DNA of 64,000 nucleotides from Oscillospiraceae bacterium (GTDB taxonomy: Bacteria > Bacillota > Clostridia > Oscillospirales > Oscillospiraceae): NCBI GenBank assembly GCA_017408525.1, contig JAFQUN010000108.1:2739-66738 (forward strand), in the 5' to 3' direction. Positions 25,372 through 33,271 of this stretch are shown here, piece after piece. The translations under genes were made by a program, and so were the position numbers. Below the pieces are notes generated by a model, which saw nothing but the letters and a program-made list of their open reading frames with translations, did no database searches and was not told where the DNA came from. Positions within the stretch are counted from its first letter, which is position 1. The number at the start of each line of letters is the position of its first letter.

Positions 25372-26135
25372 ACGTAGTACAGGAACCGGGTATTATACTT
25401 CTTGTACATCCAACAGCCGACACCCAGCGCAATGAGCACATCTGCCATCATCAGGAGATGGAACCAGACGCTGGGTATGGTGGCTTCGATGACGATCTTG
25501 CGGAAGTAGCGGATAAAAAGATATACGGGGTTGAGGAAAAACGCGTATTGCACGGGGACGCTGTAGCGGTCGATCGTGTAAAAAATGGCGGACACATACA
25601 TGAGAAGCTGCGTGAAAACACCCCATAGGTATTGAATGTCACGAAAAAAGACAAAGAGGGCGGACAGGATCAACCCTAAGCCAATGTTGAAGAGGACCAG
25701 GCAGCCTATGGGGTAGAGAAGGAGGATAAATTTCCAGGTGAACGTGATATTGTCAAAAAGACAGAAAATGAAAAAGATAACGAGCGTGAGGGCGAAGTTG
25801 ATGAGCGTCTGCACGTTTTTGGAGAACAGAAACAGATACTTCGGGACATTGACCTTGGAGAAGATCGCCGAATTTCCAATTAGGGAGTGCATCCCCTGCG
25901 AGGTGGATTCATTGAAATAGGCGAAGATCAGGTTGCCGCAGAAAAGGTAGGTGGTATAATGTTCCATGTTGCGCCCGAAAAACTGCGTAAAGACGAGCTT
26001 CATGATAAACAGCGTCAAAAGCGGAGAGAGAAGGCTCCACGCCATGCCGAGCACTGTGCGTTTGTATTTTGTTTTGAAGTCTCGCTTGACCAGCTCTTCA
26101 AAGAGGAAGCGATGCTGTTTTAGCTTTTGAAACAT
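25368..26135 (-). CDS. tagG: ABC-2 type polysaccharide/teichoic-acid export permease (TagG/Wzm-like)
   Basis: 255 aa. The N-terminus LVKRDFKTKYKRTVLGMAWSLLSPLL is typical of ABC-2 exporters. Six TM segments. Overlaps the tagH start. Confidence 0.85.
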   Translation of the reverse strand: MFQKLKQHRFLFEELVKRDFKTKYKRTVLGMAWSLLSPLLTLFIMKLVFTQFFGRNMEHYTTYLFCGNLIFAYFNESTSQGMHSLIGNSAIFSKVNVPKYLFLFSKNVQTLINFALTLVIFFIFCLFDNITFTWKFILLLYPIGCLVLFNIGLGLILSALFVFFRDIQYLWGVFTQLLMYVSAIFYTIDRYSVPVQYAFFLNPVYLFIRYFRKIVIEATIPSVWFHLLMMADVLIALGVGCWMYKKYNTRFLYYV

Positions 26136-26399
26136 AATGTTGCTCCTTAGAGGGGGAGATTCACGAAAGAGTTTAATTAACCGAGAAAGACAACCTTTAC
26201 GAAACCTTATCTTTTTTACACGCTTTGCAGCATAAGACTATTCAAAGCGTTCTTGTTGTGTTCAAATCATATCGTTTCTGCAGGTCGAACTATACTTGCA
26301 AGAAAAGGCACTCAACTATAATAACATGAAGTGGGTGAAAATTCAAATGAACTTAAATAGTACAGTGTTCAAAAGTCTCTTCGCATGGTTTTGCGGCGC

Positions 26400-27119
26400 C
26401 TATTCGCCGACGGTACACGCGCGGATCTTCCGGGCGATGCGCTCCTGCGTGAGAGCGGCGAGCTGCTTTGCATTCATCCCTTCATATTCTTCGGGGGGGA
26501 TGGGCGGAAGGTAGTGCATTTGCATCGTGACGGGAGATGTACCCTTTTGATCGAGAACTTTATAGCTGTCAACAAAGGCGATGGGGACGACGGGACATTT
26601 TGCCTTCACGGCGCAGCGGAAGCTTCCACCGTGGAAAGGAAGCATTTCGTTGCCGCGCTTGCTGCGCGTGCCCTCGGGAAAAATCACGCAGCGGCGTCCA
26701 GCAAGGAGCGCGTCCGTGACATCGTGGATGACCTGCATCGATTGACGCACATCCTCCCGGTCCATGGAAAAGGACTTTGTCGAAAGGACGATCTCGCGCA
26801 GAAGCGGATAGGAATTGAGCTCTTTTTTGAAAACAACGGAAAGCGGCAACGGACAGGAGATGACGATGGCAAAGACGTCAAAAAGCCCCTGGTGGTTGCC
26901 GCACATGAGGAAGCTGCCCTCCTGCGGGAGGTTTTCCGTGCCGTAGACTTCCACGTTGACGTTGCCTGCCTCCACGGCGCAGCGGAGCATATAACGGATA
27001 TGCTCCCAGCGCTCCTCATCTGGGAAGCGATCGGGATCTTTCGCGTGGCGGCGCAGCTTCATATATGCTGAGGGAACTTTCGCGATATTGCGAAGCACCA
27101 TCATGGCAAGACGGTTCAT
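26400..27119 (-). CDS. plsC: 1-acyl-sn-glycerol-3-phosphate acyltransferase
   Basis: The start at 27119 (MNRLAMM) lies behind a GGAGG RBS. NHQGLFD (HX4D) and FPEGTRS motifs are present. Confidence 0.85.
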   Translation of the reverse strand: MNRLAMMVLRNIAKVPSAYMKLRRHAKDPDRFPDEERWEHIRYMLRCAVEAGNVNVEVYGTENLPQEGSFLMCGNHQGLFDVFAIVISCPLPLSVVFKKELNSYPLLREIVLSTKSFSMDREDVRQSMQVIHDVTDALLAGRRCVIFPEGTRSKRGNEMLPFHGGSFRCAVKAKCPVVPIAFVDSYKVLDQKGTSPVTMQMHYLPPIPPEEYEGMNAKQLAALTQERIARKIRACTVGE

Positions 27120-27136
27120 AAAACGACCTCCGAAAA

Positions 27137-27973
27137 TCAGGCTTGGACGATCTGGATAGCAACGCACTCGGGTCCGCCCTGCGTGATGAAGGCGGGACTG
27201 AGCGGAAGAAGCTCAAAATGCGCGGCAGGGAAAGCGGCGCAAAGCAGCTCGTGCGCCTCGCCTGCAAGATGCGGCGCGGAACCGTGCGTGACATAGATCC
27301 GCCAGCCTTCGCCCGTGCCGATCGGTTCAAGCTGCTTTGCGACAAATCGCACCGCGTGGCGGAAGCTGCGGCGGACACCGGCGATGGTCAAGTGCTCACC
27401 GTTTTCCGTCTGCGTCAGGATAGGCGCCATTTTTGTGAGCTGCCCGACATAGGAAACGAGCGGCGAGAGCCGTCCGCCGCGGCGAAGATACGCAAAATCC
27501 GCAGGGATGAGATAGCTTTTCGCGCTGTCCATCAGCTCATGCACGCGGCGGACGATCGCATCTTTTTCTGTGCCGCCGTTTGCAAGGTGCAGCGCCGTTT
27601 CCACAATATAACGGTGCGGACCGCAGAGTGTGCGGCTGTTGATGACGGTGATGCGACCGCTGTTTTCACAAAGGTCCGCGGCAGCGGCGGCGCTTGCATA
27701 GGTGCCGGAAAGACCGGCTGCCATCGAGATATTCAAAATGTCGTCGCACGGAAACTTCTCATAAAGCGAAAGGACCTCACCGATCGCAGGCTGGCTGCTC
27801 GTTGGCATATTACCCTCACGGATGATGGAGACGAACTGTTCGGCGCCGATCTCGTCAAATTCGCGGTACGATCTACCGGCGATGGTGACGGAAAGCGGTG
27901 CGACGGAAAAGCCCGCTTCATGCGCCTGCCGCGAAGAATATAGCGTGGATGTGTCGGAAATGATGCGAACCAT
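27137..27973 (-). CDS. DegV-family fatty-acid-binding protein
   Basis: 278 aa from MVRIISDTSTLYS. The family pattern SQPAIGE...GLSGTY...ADFAYLRRGGR is present. The longer ORF in the track, extending to 28606, is an upstream read-through artefact. Confidence 0.85.
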   Translation of the reverse strand: MVRIISDTSTLYSSRQAHEAGFSVAPLSVTIAGRSYREFDEIGAEQFVSIIREGNMPTSSQPAIGEVLSLYEKFPCDDILNISMAAGLSGTYASAAAAADLCENSGRITVINSRTLCGPHRYIVETALHLANGGTEKDAIVRRVHELMDSAKSYLIPADFAYLRRGGRLSPLVSYVGQLTKMAPILTQTENGEHLTIAGVRRSFRHAVRFVAKQLEPIGTGEGWRIYVTHGSAPHLAGEAHELLCAAFPAAHFELLPLSPAFITQGGPECVAIQIVQA

Positions 27974-28119
27974 AAATTGAGGGTCCTTTCTGCGAAAATG
28001 GGTGGGGTTCGATGCGCTTTTAAAACACGCACCAATCATACATGGAAAGAGGTCATAAAGCAAGTGTTTTATCGTGTTCGTTCGGCAAAGAATTATGCGT
28101 GCGGCTCGTATTTTTCTCA

Positions 28120-28320
28120 TCTTGCGAAGACTCGTGCGGCGTGGTATGATGACGGTGCTGCGGAAAAAGGAAACAGGTGTGAAACCTGTGCGAGCCCGTC
28201 GCCGTGAGGTGCAAAGAAGCTGCGCTGCTCCTACCCGAAGACCGCACTTCGGGGACAAGCCATTGGCATGAGCCGAGAAGGCGGAGCGGCTGCGCACCAA
28301 GCCGGAAGACTTCCCGCGCA
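28120..28320 (+). promoter_or_regulatory. Probable cobalamin riboswitch
   Basis: GGTGCTGCGGAAAAAGGAAACAGGTGTGAAACCTGTGCGAGCCCGTCGCCGTGAGG resembles the conserved AGGGAA..GGTG..AA.CC....C.G.CCCGC.ACTG core. It is located upstream of the DUF4430/ECF-S genes. Boundaries are approximate. Confidence 0.5.
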
Positions 28321-28381
28321 AATGCTCCATATTCGACCGCGAGCGCCGGTTTTGGAGTGAGAAACGAAAAGGAGAAAAGCG

Positions 28382-28831
28382 ATGAAAATGACACGGTACA
28401 AAAAACCGTGCCGGCTCATCCTTTGCATGATGCTGCTTGCGGTGGCAGCTTTCGTTGCGGTTGGATGCGGCGGCACAAAGATGGAAAACCCCGCGGCTTC
28501 GATGCAGGTCGAACCGGCGGAGGTTGAAGCGGTCGGTACGGGGGAGACGACGTTTTCCCTTGAGGTGGTACACGCGGATGGCGCAAGCCGCCATTTCCTT
28601 GTGCACACAGACGAGGAGACCGTCGGCGCGGCACTTGCCTCGCTGGGATTAGTCGAGGGTGAGGAAGGTCCTTACGGACTTTTTATCAATGCGGTGTGCG
28701 GCGAGACGGTCGATTTTGAAGAGGATGGAAAATACTGGGCGTTTTATGAGGACGGGGCATATGCCGGTGCCGGCGTTGATGTGACGGCGGTGCGGGATGG
28801 TGCGTCCTACGCGCTGCGGGTGGAGAAGTGA
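28382..28831 (+). CDS. DUF4430-domain lipoprotein (transcobalamin-like small binding protein)
   Basis: 149 aa. Lipobox VAVGC|GG. The C-terminus YWAFYEDGAYAGAGVDVTAVRDGASYALRVE is a DUF4430-like pattern. Confidence 0.65.
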   Translation: MKMTRYKKPCRLILCMMLLAVAAFVAVGCGGTKMENPAASMQVEPAEVEAVGTGETTFSLEVVHADGASRHFLVHTDEETVGAALASLGLVEGEEGPYGLFINAVCGETVDFEEDGKYWAFYEDGAYAGAGVDVTAVRDGASYALRVEK

Positions 28832-29337
28832 TGCGCTGCTCGACACGCGAGATGGCGGTTTTTGCGCTGCTCGGCGCGCTGATGTATGCGTCGAAAATGT
28901 TGATGGAGGCGCTGCCGAATATTCACCTGCTTGCCGCGTTTACGACGGCATTGACAATTGTGTATCGAAAAAGGGCGCTCTATCCAATTTATATTTTTGT
29001 GTTTATCACGGGTCTTTTTGGCGGCTTCGCGCTTTGGTGGATCCCGTACTTGTACGTTTGGACGGTGCTGTGGGCAGCGGTGATGCTGCTGCCGCGAAGG
29101 ATGCCGAAAAAGCTCGCGCCGCTTGTATATATGCTCATCTGCGCGCTGCACGGGCTTTTCTACGGCGTTTTGTACGCGCCGTCGCAGGCGCTGCTGTTTG
29201 GGCTTGACTTCCATGGGATGCTTGCATGGATCGCGGCGGGGATGCCGTTTGACATCGTACACGCGGTGAGCAATTTTTTCTGCGGCGCGCTTGTGCTGCC
29301 GCTCGTGCGCGTGATGCGGCTATGTGAGAAGATGTAG
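28828..29337 (+). CDS. ECF-transporter S-component-like membrane protein
   Basis: 169 aa with about 5-6 TM helices. Translationally coupled to the DUF4430 gene. The substrate (cobalamin or a precursor) is inferred only from the riboswitch. Confidence 0.55.
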   Translation: MMRCSTREMAVFALLGALMYASKMLMEALPNIHLLAAFTTALTIVYRKRALYPIYIFVFITGLFGGFALWWIPYLYVWTVLWAAVMLLPRRMPKKLAPLVYMLICALHGLFYGVLYAPSQALLFGLDFHGMLAWIAAGMPFDIVHAVSNFFCGALVLPLVRVMRLCEKM

Positions 29338-29349
29338 GAGAGTGACGAT

Positions 29350-29979
29350 ATGAAGCTTGTCGAAATGCAAATTGAAGAGTATTTGGCGCGCCTTGCCTCT
29401 GATGCGCCGACGCCGGGCGGCGGTGCGGCAAGCGCGCTTGCCGGCGCGCAGGGCATCGCGCTCGTTGCGATGGTCGCAAACCTCACCGTCGGCAGAGAGA
29501 AGTATGCCGCGCATGAAGTGCTTTGCAAGGATATCGGCGCGCGCGCGGAGGTGCTTTTGCAAAAGCTCGCCGCGCAGGTCGACGCCGACGCCGCGGCGTA
29601 TGGCGGCTTTGCCGCGGCGCTGCGCCTTCCGAAAGAGACGGAGGAGGAGAAAGCGGTGCGGCGCGGAGCGATCTCGGCTGCGGCGCTGTATGCCGCCGAA
29701 GTGCCGCTTGAGACGATGCGCCTTGGCACAGAGGGGCTTTTGTGCGCGAAGGATATCCTTGCAGGGTACAATCCAAGCTGTGCGACGGACATCGCCTGCG
29801 GCGCACAGGAGCTGCTCGGCTGCGTGAAAAGCGCGTGGCTGAATGTTGCCATCAACCTTGGAAGCATCGCCGATGCGGCGCGCGCGGAGGCGCTTCGCGG
29901 TGAGGGCATGCGCCTTTTGACACAGGCTGAGGAGATCGGCGCGTTTGTGTACGGTGAAATTGAAAGACTGTATCGATAA
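29350..29979 (+). CDS. Cyclodeaminase/cyclohydrolase family protein (FTCD C-terminal domain, FchA-like)
   Basis: 209 aa. YLARLASDAPTPGGGAASALAGAQGIALVAMVANLTVG is the hallmark FTCD_C N-terminus. Confidence 0.8.
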   Translation: MKLVEMQIEEYLARLASDAPTPGGGAASALAGAQGIALVAMVANLTVGREKYAAHEVLCKDIGARAEVLLQKLAAQVDADAAAYGGFAAALRLPKETEEEKAVRRGAISAAALYAAEVPLETMRLGTEGLLCAKDILAGYNPSCATDIACGAQELLGCVKSAWLNVAINLGSIADAARAEALRGEGMRLLTQAEEIGAFVYGEIERLYR

Positions 29980-30083
29980 GATCGCTGTGTCTATCGCGTT
30001 TTCCGATTTTCTTTGCCGCACGGCACGGGAGCTGTTATAATAGCATAATAAGCATTGAAAACGATGGGCGAGGTGAATTTGCC

Positions 30084-31220
30084 ATGATCTATCTCGACAA
30101 CGCCGCGACGACGCTGCGAAAGCCGGACTGTGTCGCGCAGGCGGTGTGTGCGGCGCTGGGGAGCTTTGGAAACGACGGACGCGGCGTTCATGCAGGTGCG
30201 CTAAGTGCGTCGCGCATCATCTACGAAACGCGTGAGCGGCTTGCGTCGCTTTTGGGATGCGCACGCGCCGACCATGTTGTTTTTACGGCGAACTCGACCG
30301 AAGCGCTCAACATTGCGATAAACGGTGCGCTCGGTGCGGGTGACCACGTTTTGTCAACGGATCTTGAGCATAATTCCGTGCTGCGCCCGCTCTACCGCTT
30401 GCAGCAGGAGCGCGGCGCCGCGGTCGATTTTCTGCACGCGGACACGGTGGGGCGCATCGACTATGATGATTTTGAAAGGCTGCTAAAGCCCAATACGCGC
30501 GCGGTCGTGTGTACGCACGCGTCGAATCTTGTGGGGAATATGCTCGATATCGCGCGCATCGGAAAATTTGCGAAGGAGCATGGGCTTCTTTTCATCGTCG
30601 ACGCGTCGCAGACGGCGGGGGCATATCCTGTCGACATGGAGCGCATGGGGATCGACGTTTTGTGCTTTACGGGGCATAAGAGTCTGATGGGACCACAGGG
30701 CACGGGAGGACTTTGCATCCGCGAGGGTGTGGAATTGCGGCGCTGGAAAGTCGGCGGAAGCGGCGTGAAGACATTTTTGACCGAGCATCCCGGTGAGCTT
30801 CCCACGCGTCTGGAAGCCGGTACGCTCAACGGACACGGTATTGCGGGACTGCACGCCGCGCTGGGATTTATCGAAAGCGTCGGTGTGGAGGCGATCCACG
30901 CACACGAGATCGCGCTCATGCGGCGCTTTTACGGCGCGGTGCGCGGCATTGAGGGCGTGACGGTGTACGGTGATTTTGAAACTGACGCGCGCGCGCCGAT
31001 CGTCGCGCTCAATGTGCGCAGCTACGCCTCCGACGAGGTCGCTGACGAGCTTTCGGAGGTGTACGGCATCGCAACACGCGCCGGTGCGCACTGTGCGCCG
31101 CGGCTGCACTGTGCGCTCGGAACGCGGGAGCAGGGCGCGGTTCGATTCAGCTTCGGCTATTTCAACACCGAAGACGAGGTGGATGCCGCTGCCGAGGCGG
31201 TGCGGAGGATCGCGCAATGA
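30084..31220 (+). CDS. Class-V aminotransferase-fold cysteine desulfurase/selenocysteine lyase family protein
   Basis: 378 aa. IYLDNAATT, TEALN, HNSV, the PLP lysine region FTGHKSLMGPQGTG and a late catalytic RAGAHCAP. Confidence 0.8.
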   Translation: MIYLDNAATTLRKPDCVAQAVCAALGSFGNDGRGVHAGALSASRIIYETRERLASLLGCARADHVVFTANSTEALNIAINGALGAGDHVLSTDLEHNSVLRPLYRLQQERGAAVDFLHADTVGRIDYDDFERLLKPNTRAVVCTHASNLVGNMLDIARIGKFAKEHGLLFIVDASQTAGAYPVDMERMGIDVLCFTGHKSLMGPQGTGGLCIREGVELRRWKVGGSGVKTFLTEHPGELPTRLEAGTLNGHGIAGLHAALGFIESVGVEAIHAHEIALMRRFYGAVRGIEGVTVYGDFETDARAPIVALNVRSYASDEVADELSEVYGIATRAGAHCAPRLHCALGTREQGAVRFSFGYFNTEDEVDAAAEAVRRIAQ

Positions 31221-31453
31221 GAGAGAAAACGATGAAGCTCGTCGTCACATTCCATACGACGGCGGGCGCGATGGCGATGGAAAAGCTCTGCCGCAAGGAG
31301 GGCATCGAAGGGCGCATCATCCCCGTTCCGCGCTGCATCACCTCCGACTGCGGCATGGCGTGGTGCGCGCCGCTCGAGGCGCGCGGCGACATCGAGCGCG
31401 CGGTCGAAGGACGCGACATCGACCTTGCGGGCTACCACGAGGTGATGGTCTGA
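31217..31453 (+). CDS. DUF3343-family small protein (putative S/Se carrier)
   Basis: 78 aa (73 aa if it starts at 31232). VVTFHTTAGAMAMEKLCRKEGIEGRIIPVPRCITSDCGMAW matches the DUF3343 pattern. ATGA overlap with the desulfurase stop. Confidence 0.7.
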   Translation: MREKTMKLVVTFHTTAGAMAMEKLCRKEGIEGRIIPVPRCITSDCGMAWCAPLEARGDIERAVEGRDIDLAGYHEVMV

Positions 31454-32136
31454 TGGGCGGGCGGATGCAGCTTGCGCCGATGCTGAAGATCGGGCGCGGT
31501 GTGACATGTATCATCGGCGGCGGCGGTAAAACGACGCTGATGGAGACGCTTGCGCGGGAGCTTTCCGCGCGCGGCGGTGTGATCGTTACGACGACGACGC
31601 ATATCCTCCCGCCGGAGGATATGACCGTTTTGCTCGACCCTGATGAGGCGGCGGTTGCAAGGGTGCTTGCAAAGAAGCACTTGGTGTGTGTCGGGTCGCC
31701 GACGGCGGAGGGAAAGCTCAAAGAGAGCGGACTTTCCGCCGAAGTGCTTGCGCGTCTTGCCGACTTCGTGCTTATTGAGGCGGACGGCAGCCGCCATCTG
31801 CCGCTCAAGGCGCACCGACCGGACGAGCCGTGCATCCCCGCGTGTGCGCAGCGCGTGGTGCTGGTGGTCGGCGCGGACGGCTTTGGGCAGCCGATCGGCG
31901 AGGTGTGTCACAGAAGTGAGCTGTACGCGAGTCTCGCCGGAGCAAAAGAAAGCGACACTGTTACGCCGCAGACCGCCGCGCGCGTCATTCGTGCGGAGGG
32001 GTACGGCGACCGGATATTTATAAACAAAACAGAAACGCCGGAGCGGTATGCGTTTGCGCAGCAGCTTGCGGCGGAGCTTGACTGCCCCGTTGTGGCGGGG
32101 AGTCTTCGTGAGGGGATATTTGTATGCTTACATTGA
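31453..32136 (+). CDS. yqeC: YqeC-family selenium-dependent hydroxylase accessory protein
   Basis: 227 aa. The ATG overlaps the upstream TGA. P-loop-like CIIGGGGKTTLMETLA. The long upstream extension in the ORF track (from 30970) is an artefact. Confidence 0.7.
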   Translation: MGGRMQLAPMLKIGRGVTCIIGGGGKTTLMETLARELSARGGVIVTTTTHILPPEDMTVLLDPDEAAVARVLAKKHLVCVGSPTAEGKLKESGLSAEVLARLADFVLIEADGSRHLPLKAHRPDEPCIPACAQRVVLVVGADGFGQPIGEVCHRSELYASLAGAKESDTVTPQTAARVIRAEGYGDRIFINKTETPERYAFAQQLAAELDCPVVAGSLREGIFVCLH

Positions 32137-32921
32137 TTCGCGGGGCAGGTGACCTCGCAACAGGTATCGCGCTGCGCCTTTATCGGGCGGGGATCGAGGT
32201 CGTGATGACCGATGTTGCAAAACCGACAGCCATTCGCCGCACGGTCGCATTCTGCGAGGCGATACGGTTAGGTGAGATGAGAGTGGAGGACATTTATGCG
32301 CGGCGCGCAGAGAGTGTGGAAGATGCGTGCGCGCTTTTGAAGGAGGGCATCGTGCCGGTTCTGGTCGATGAGGATGGGACGAGCATTGAGAAGCTGCGCC
32401 CACAGGCGGTAGTCGATGCGATCCTTGCAAAGCGCAATCTTGGCACGCGCATCGATATGGCACCGTGCGTTATCGGCGTCGGTCCCGGATTTACAGCAGG
32501 CGTCGACTGCCACGCGGTCGTGGAGACGATGCGCGGGCATACACTCGGGCGCGTCATCCATGAAGGCTCGGCGCTTCCGAACACGGGCGTTCCCGGGATG
32601 ATAGGAGGCTACGCTGCCGAGCGCGTACTGCACGCGCCGTGTGACGGGATCTTGCAGCGCGGGCTTCCCATCGGGATGCAGGTGTGCGCCGGAGATACGA
32701 TCGCCGTCATTGACGGCATGGAGATGAAAACGACGATCGACGGTGTGCTGCGCGGGATCCTTCCCGATGGTACGCGCGTTTTTGAGGGCATGAAAAGCGC
32801 AGATGTTGACCCGCGCGGCGTCGCCGAGCATTGTCTGAGTGCGTCGGACAAGGCGTTTTCTGTCGGCGGCGGTGTTTTGGAGGCGATCCTTGGGATCACA
32901 GGGGCACTGAAACAGAAATAA
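32124..32921 (+). CDS. yqeB: YqeB/EF2563-family selenium-dependent molybdenum hydroxylase system protein
   Basis: 265 aa. MLTLIRGAGDLATGIALRLYRAGIEVVMTDVAKPTAIRRTVAFCEAI matches the family N-terminus as I recall it. Confidence 0.7.
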   Translation: MLTLIRGAGDLATGIALRLYRAGIEVVMTDVAKPTAIRRTVAFCEAIRLGEMRVEDIYARRAESVEDACALLKEGIVPVLVDEDGTSIEKLRPQAVVDAILAKRNLGTRIDMAPCVIGVGPGFTAGVDCHAVVETMRGHTLGRVIHEGSALPNTGVPGMIGGYAAERVLHAPCDGILQRGLPIGMQVCAGDTIAVIDGMEMKTTIDGVLRGILPDGTRVFEGMKSADVDPRGVAEHCLSASDKAFSVGGGVLEAILGITGALKQK

Positions 32922-32953
32922 TAAAGGGTATCGGGAAAACCGATACCCTTTAT
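32920..32953 (+). repeat. Terminator hairpin, copy 1 of an exact 34-nt direct repeat
   Basis: AATAAAGGGTATCGGGAAAACCGATACCCTTTAT. Identical to 33128-33161. It begins within the yqeB stop codon. Confidence 0.9.
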
Positions 32954-33010
32954 CCGATTTTTCAAAAAGGTCTCACCGAGTTCACGGCGGAACGACGCGA
33001 AGAAATTTAA

Positions 33011-33120
33011 GGCATTGTCTCCGGCGGCGTGTACGTCGGAGGCAATACTTCTCGCGGCGTAAGCGGGTGACGCGGCGCCGCGCAAAAGACTCAAGAAAGA
33101 TGCCATGCATCTTTCTTGAA
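33011..33120 (+). repeat. Dispersed intergenic repeat, copy A (two hairpins)
   Basis: Hairpin TCTCCGGCG...CGTCGGAG (33018-33042), then AAGCGGGTGACGCGGCGCCGCGCAAAAGAC, then hairpin TCAAGAAAGATGC-CAT-GCATCTTTCTTGA. Positions 33061-33120 match 37265-37324 at 54 of 60 positions by my count. Confidence 0.8.
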
Positions 33121-33127
33121 GGTCTTA

Positions 33128-33161
33128 AATAAAGGGTATCGGGAAAACCGATACCCTTTAT
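33128..33161 (+). repeat. Terminator hairpin, copy 2 of the 34-nt direct repeat
   Basis: Identical to 32920-32953. The two copies bracket a 174-nt insert. Confidence 0.9.
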
Positions 33162-33182
33162 TTATTCATCAAGACATCGTAT

Positions 33183-33210
33183 TTGCCTTTTGCGGCACAA
33201 AGACTATAAT
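33183..33210 (+). promoter_or_regulatory. Candidate promoter of yedE-yedF
   Basis: TTGCCT (33183-33188), a 16-nt spacer, then TATAAT (33205-33210). Confidence 0.4.
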
Positions 33211-33271
33211 AAAACTTGCCGCTGCGGACTGTGCTGCGGCAAAAAGCGTACATAGTAAAGGAGAAAATAGA

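Noticed and set aside
26136-26399. Possible small gene or RNA in the AT-rich gap between tagG and plsC.
   Set aside because: It contains only the tagGH promoter/RBS region and the plsC terminator-proximal sequence. The 72-aa ORF at 26296-26514 has no RBS and runs antisense into plsC.
27974-28606. N-terminal extension making the DegV ORF 489 aa long.
   Set aside because: The DegV homology starts at MVRIISD (27973) with an RBS. The upstream extension runs antisense through the riboswitch and the DUF4430 start and has a junk-like composition.
30970-31452. Upstream in-frame extension of the yqeC ORF (388 aa in the track).
   Set aside because: It overlaps the 3' end of the desulfurase gene and the whole DUF3343 gene in another frame. 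The YqeC similarity and a stop/start overlap (TGATG) begin at 31453.
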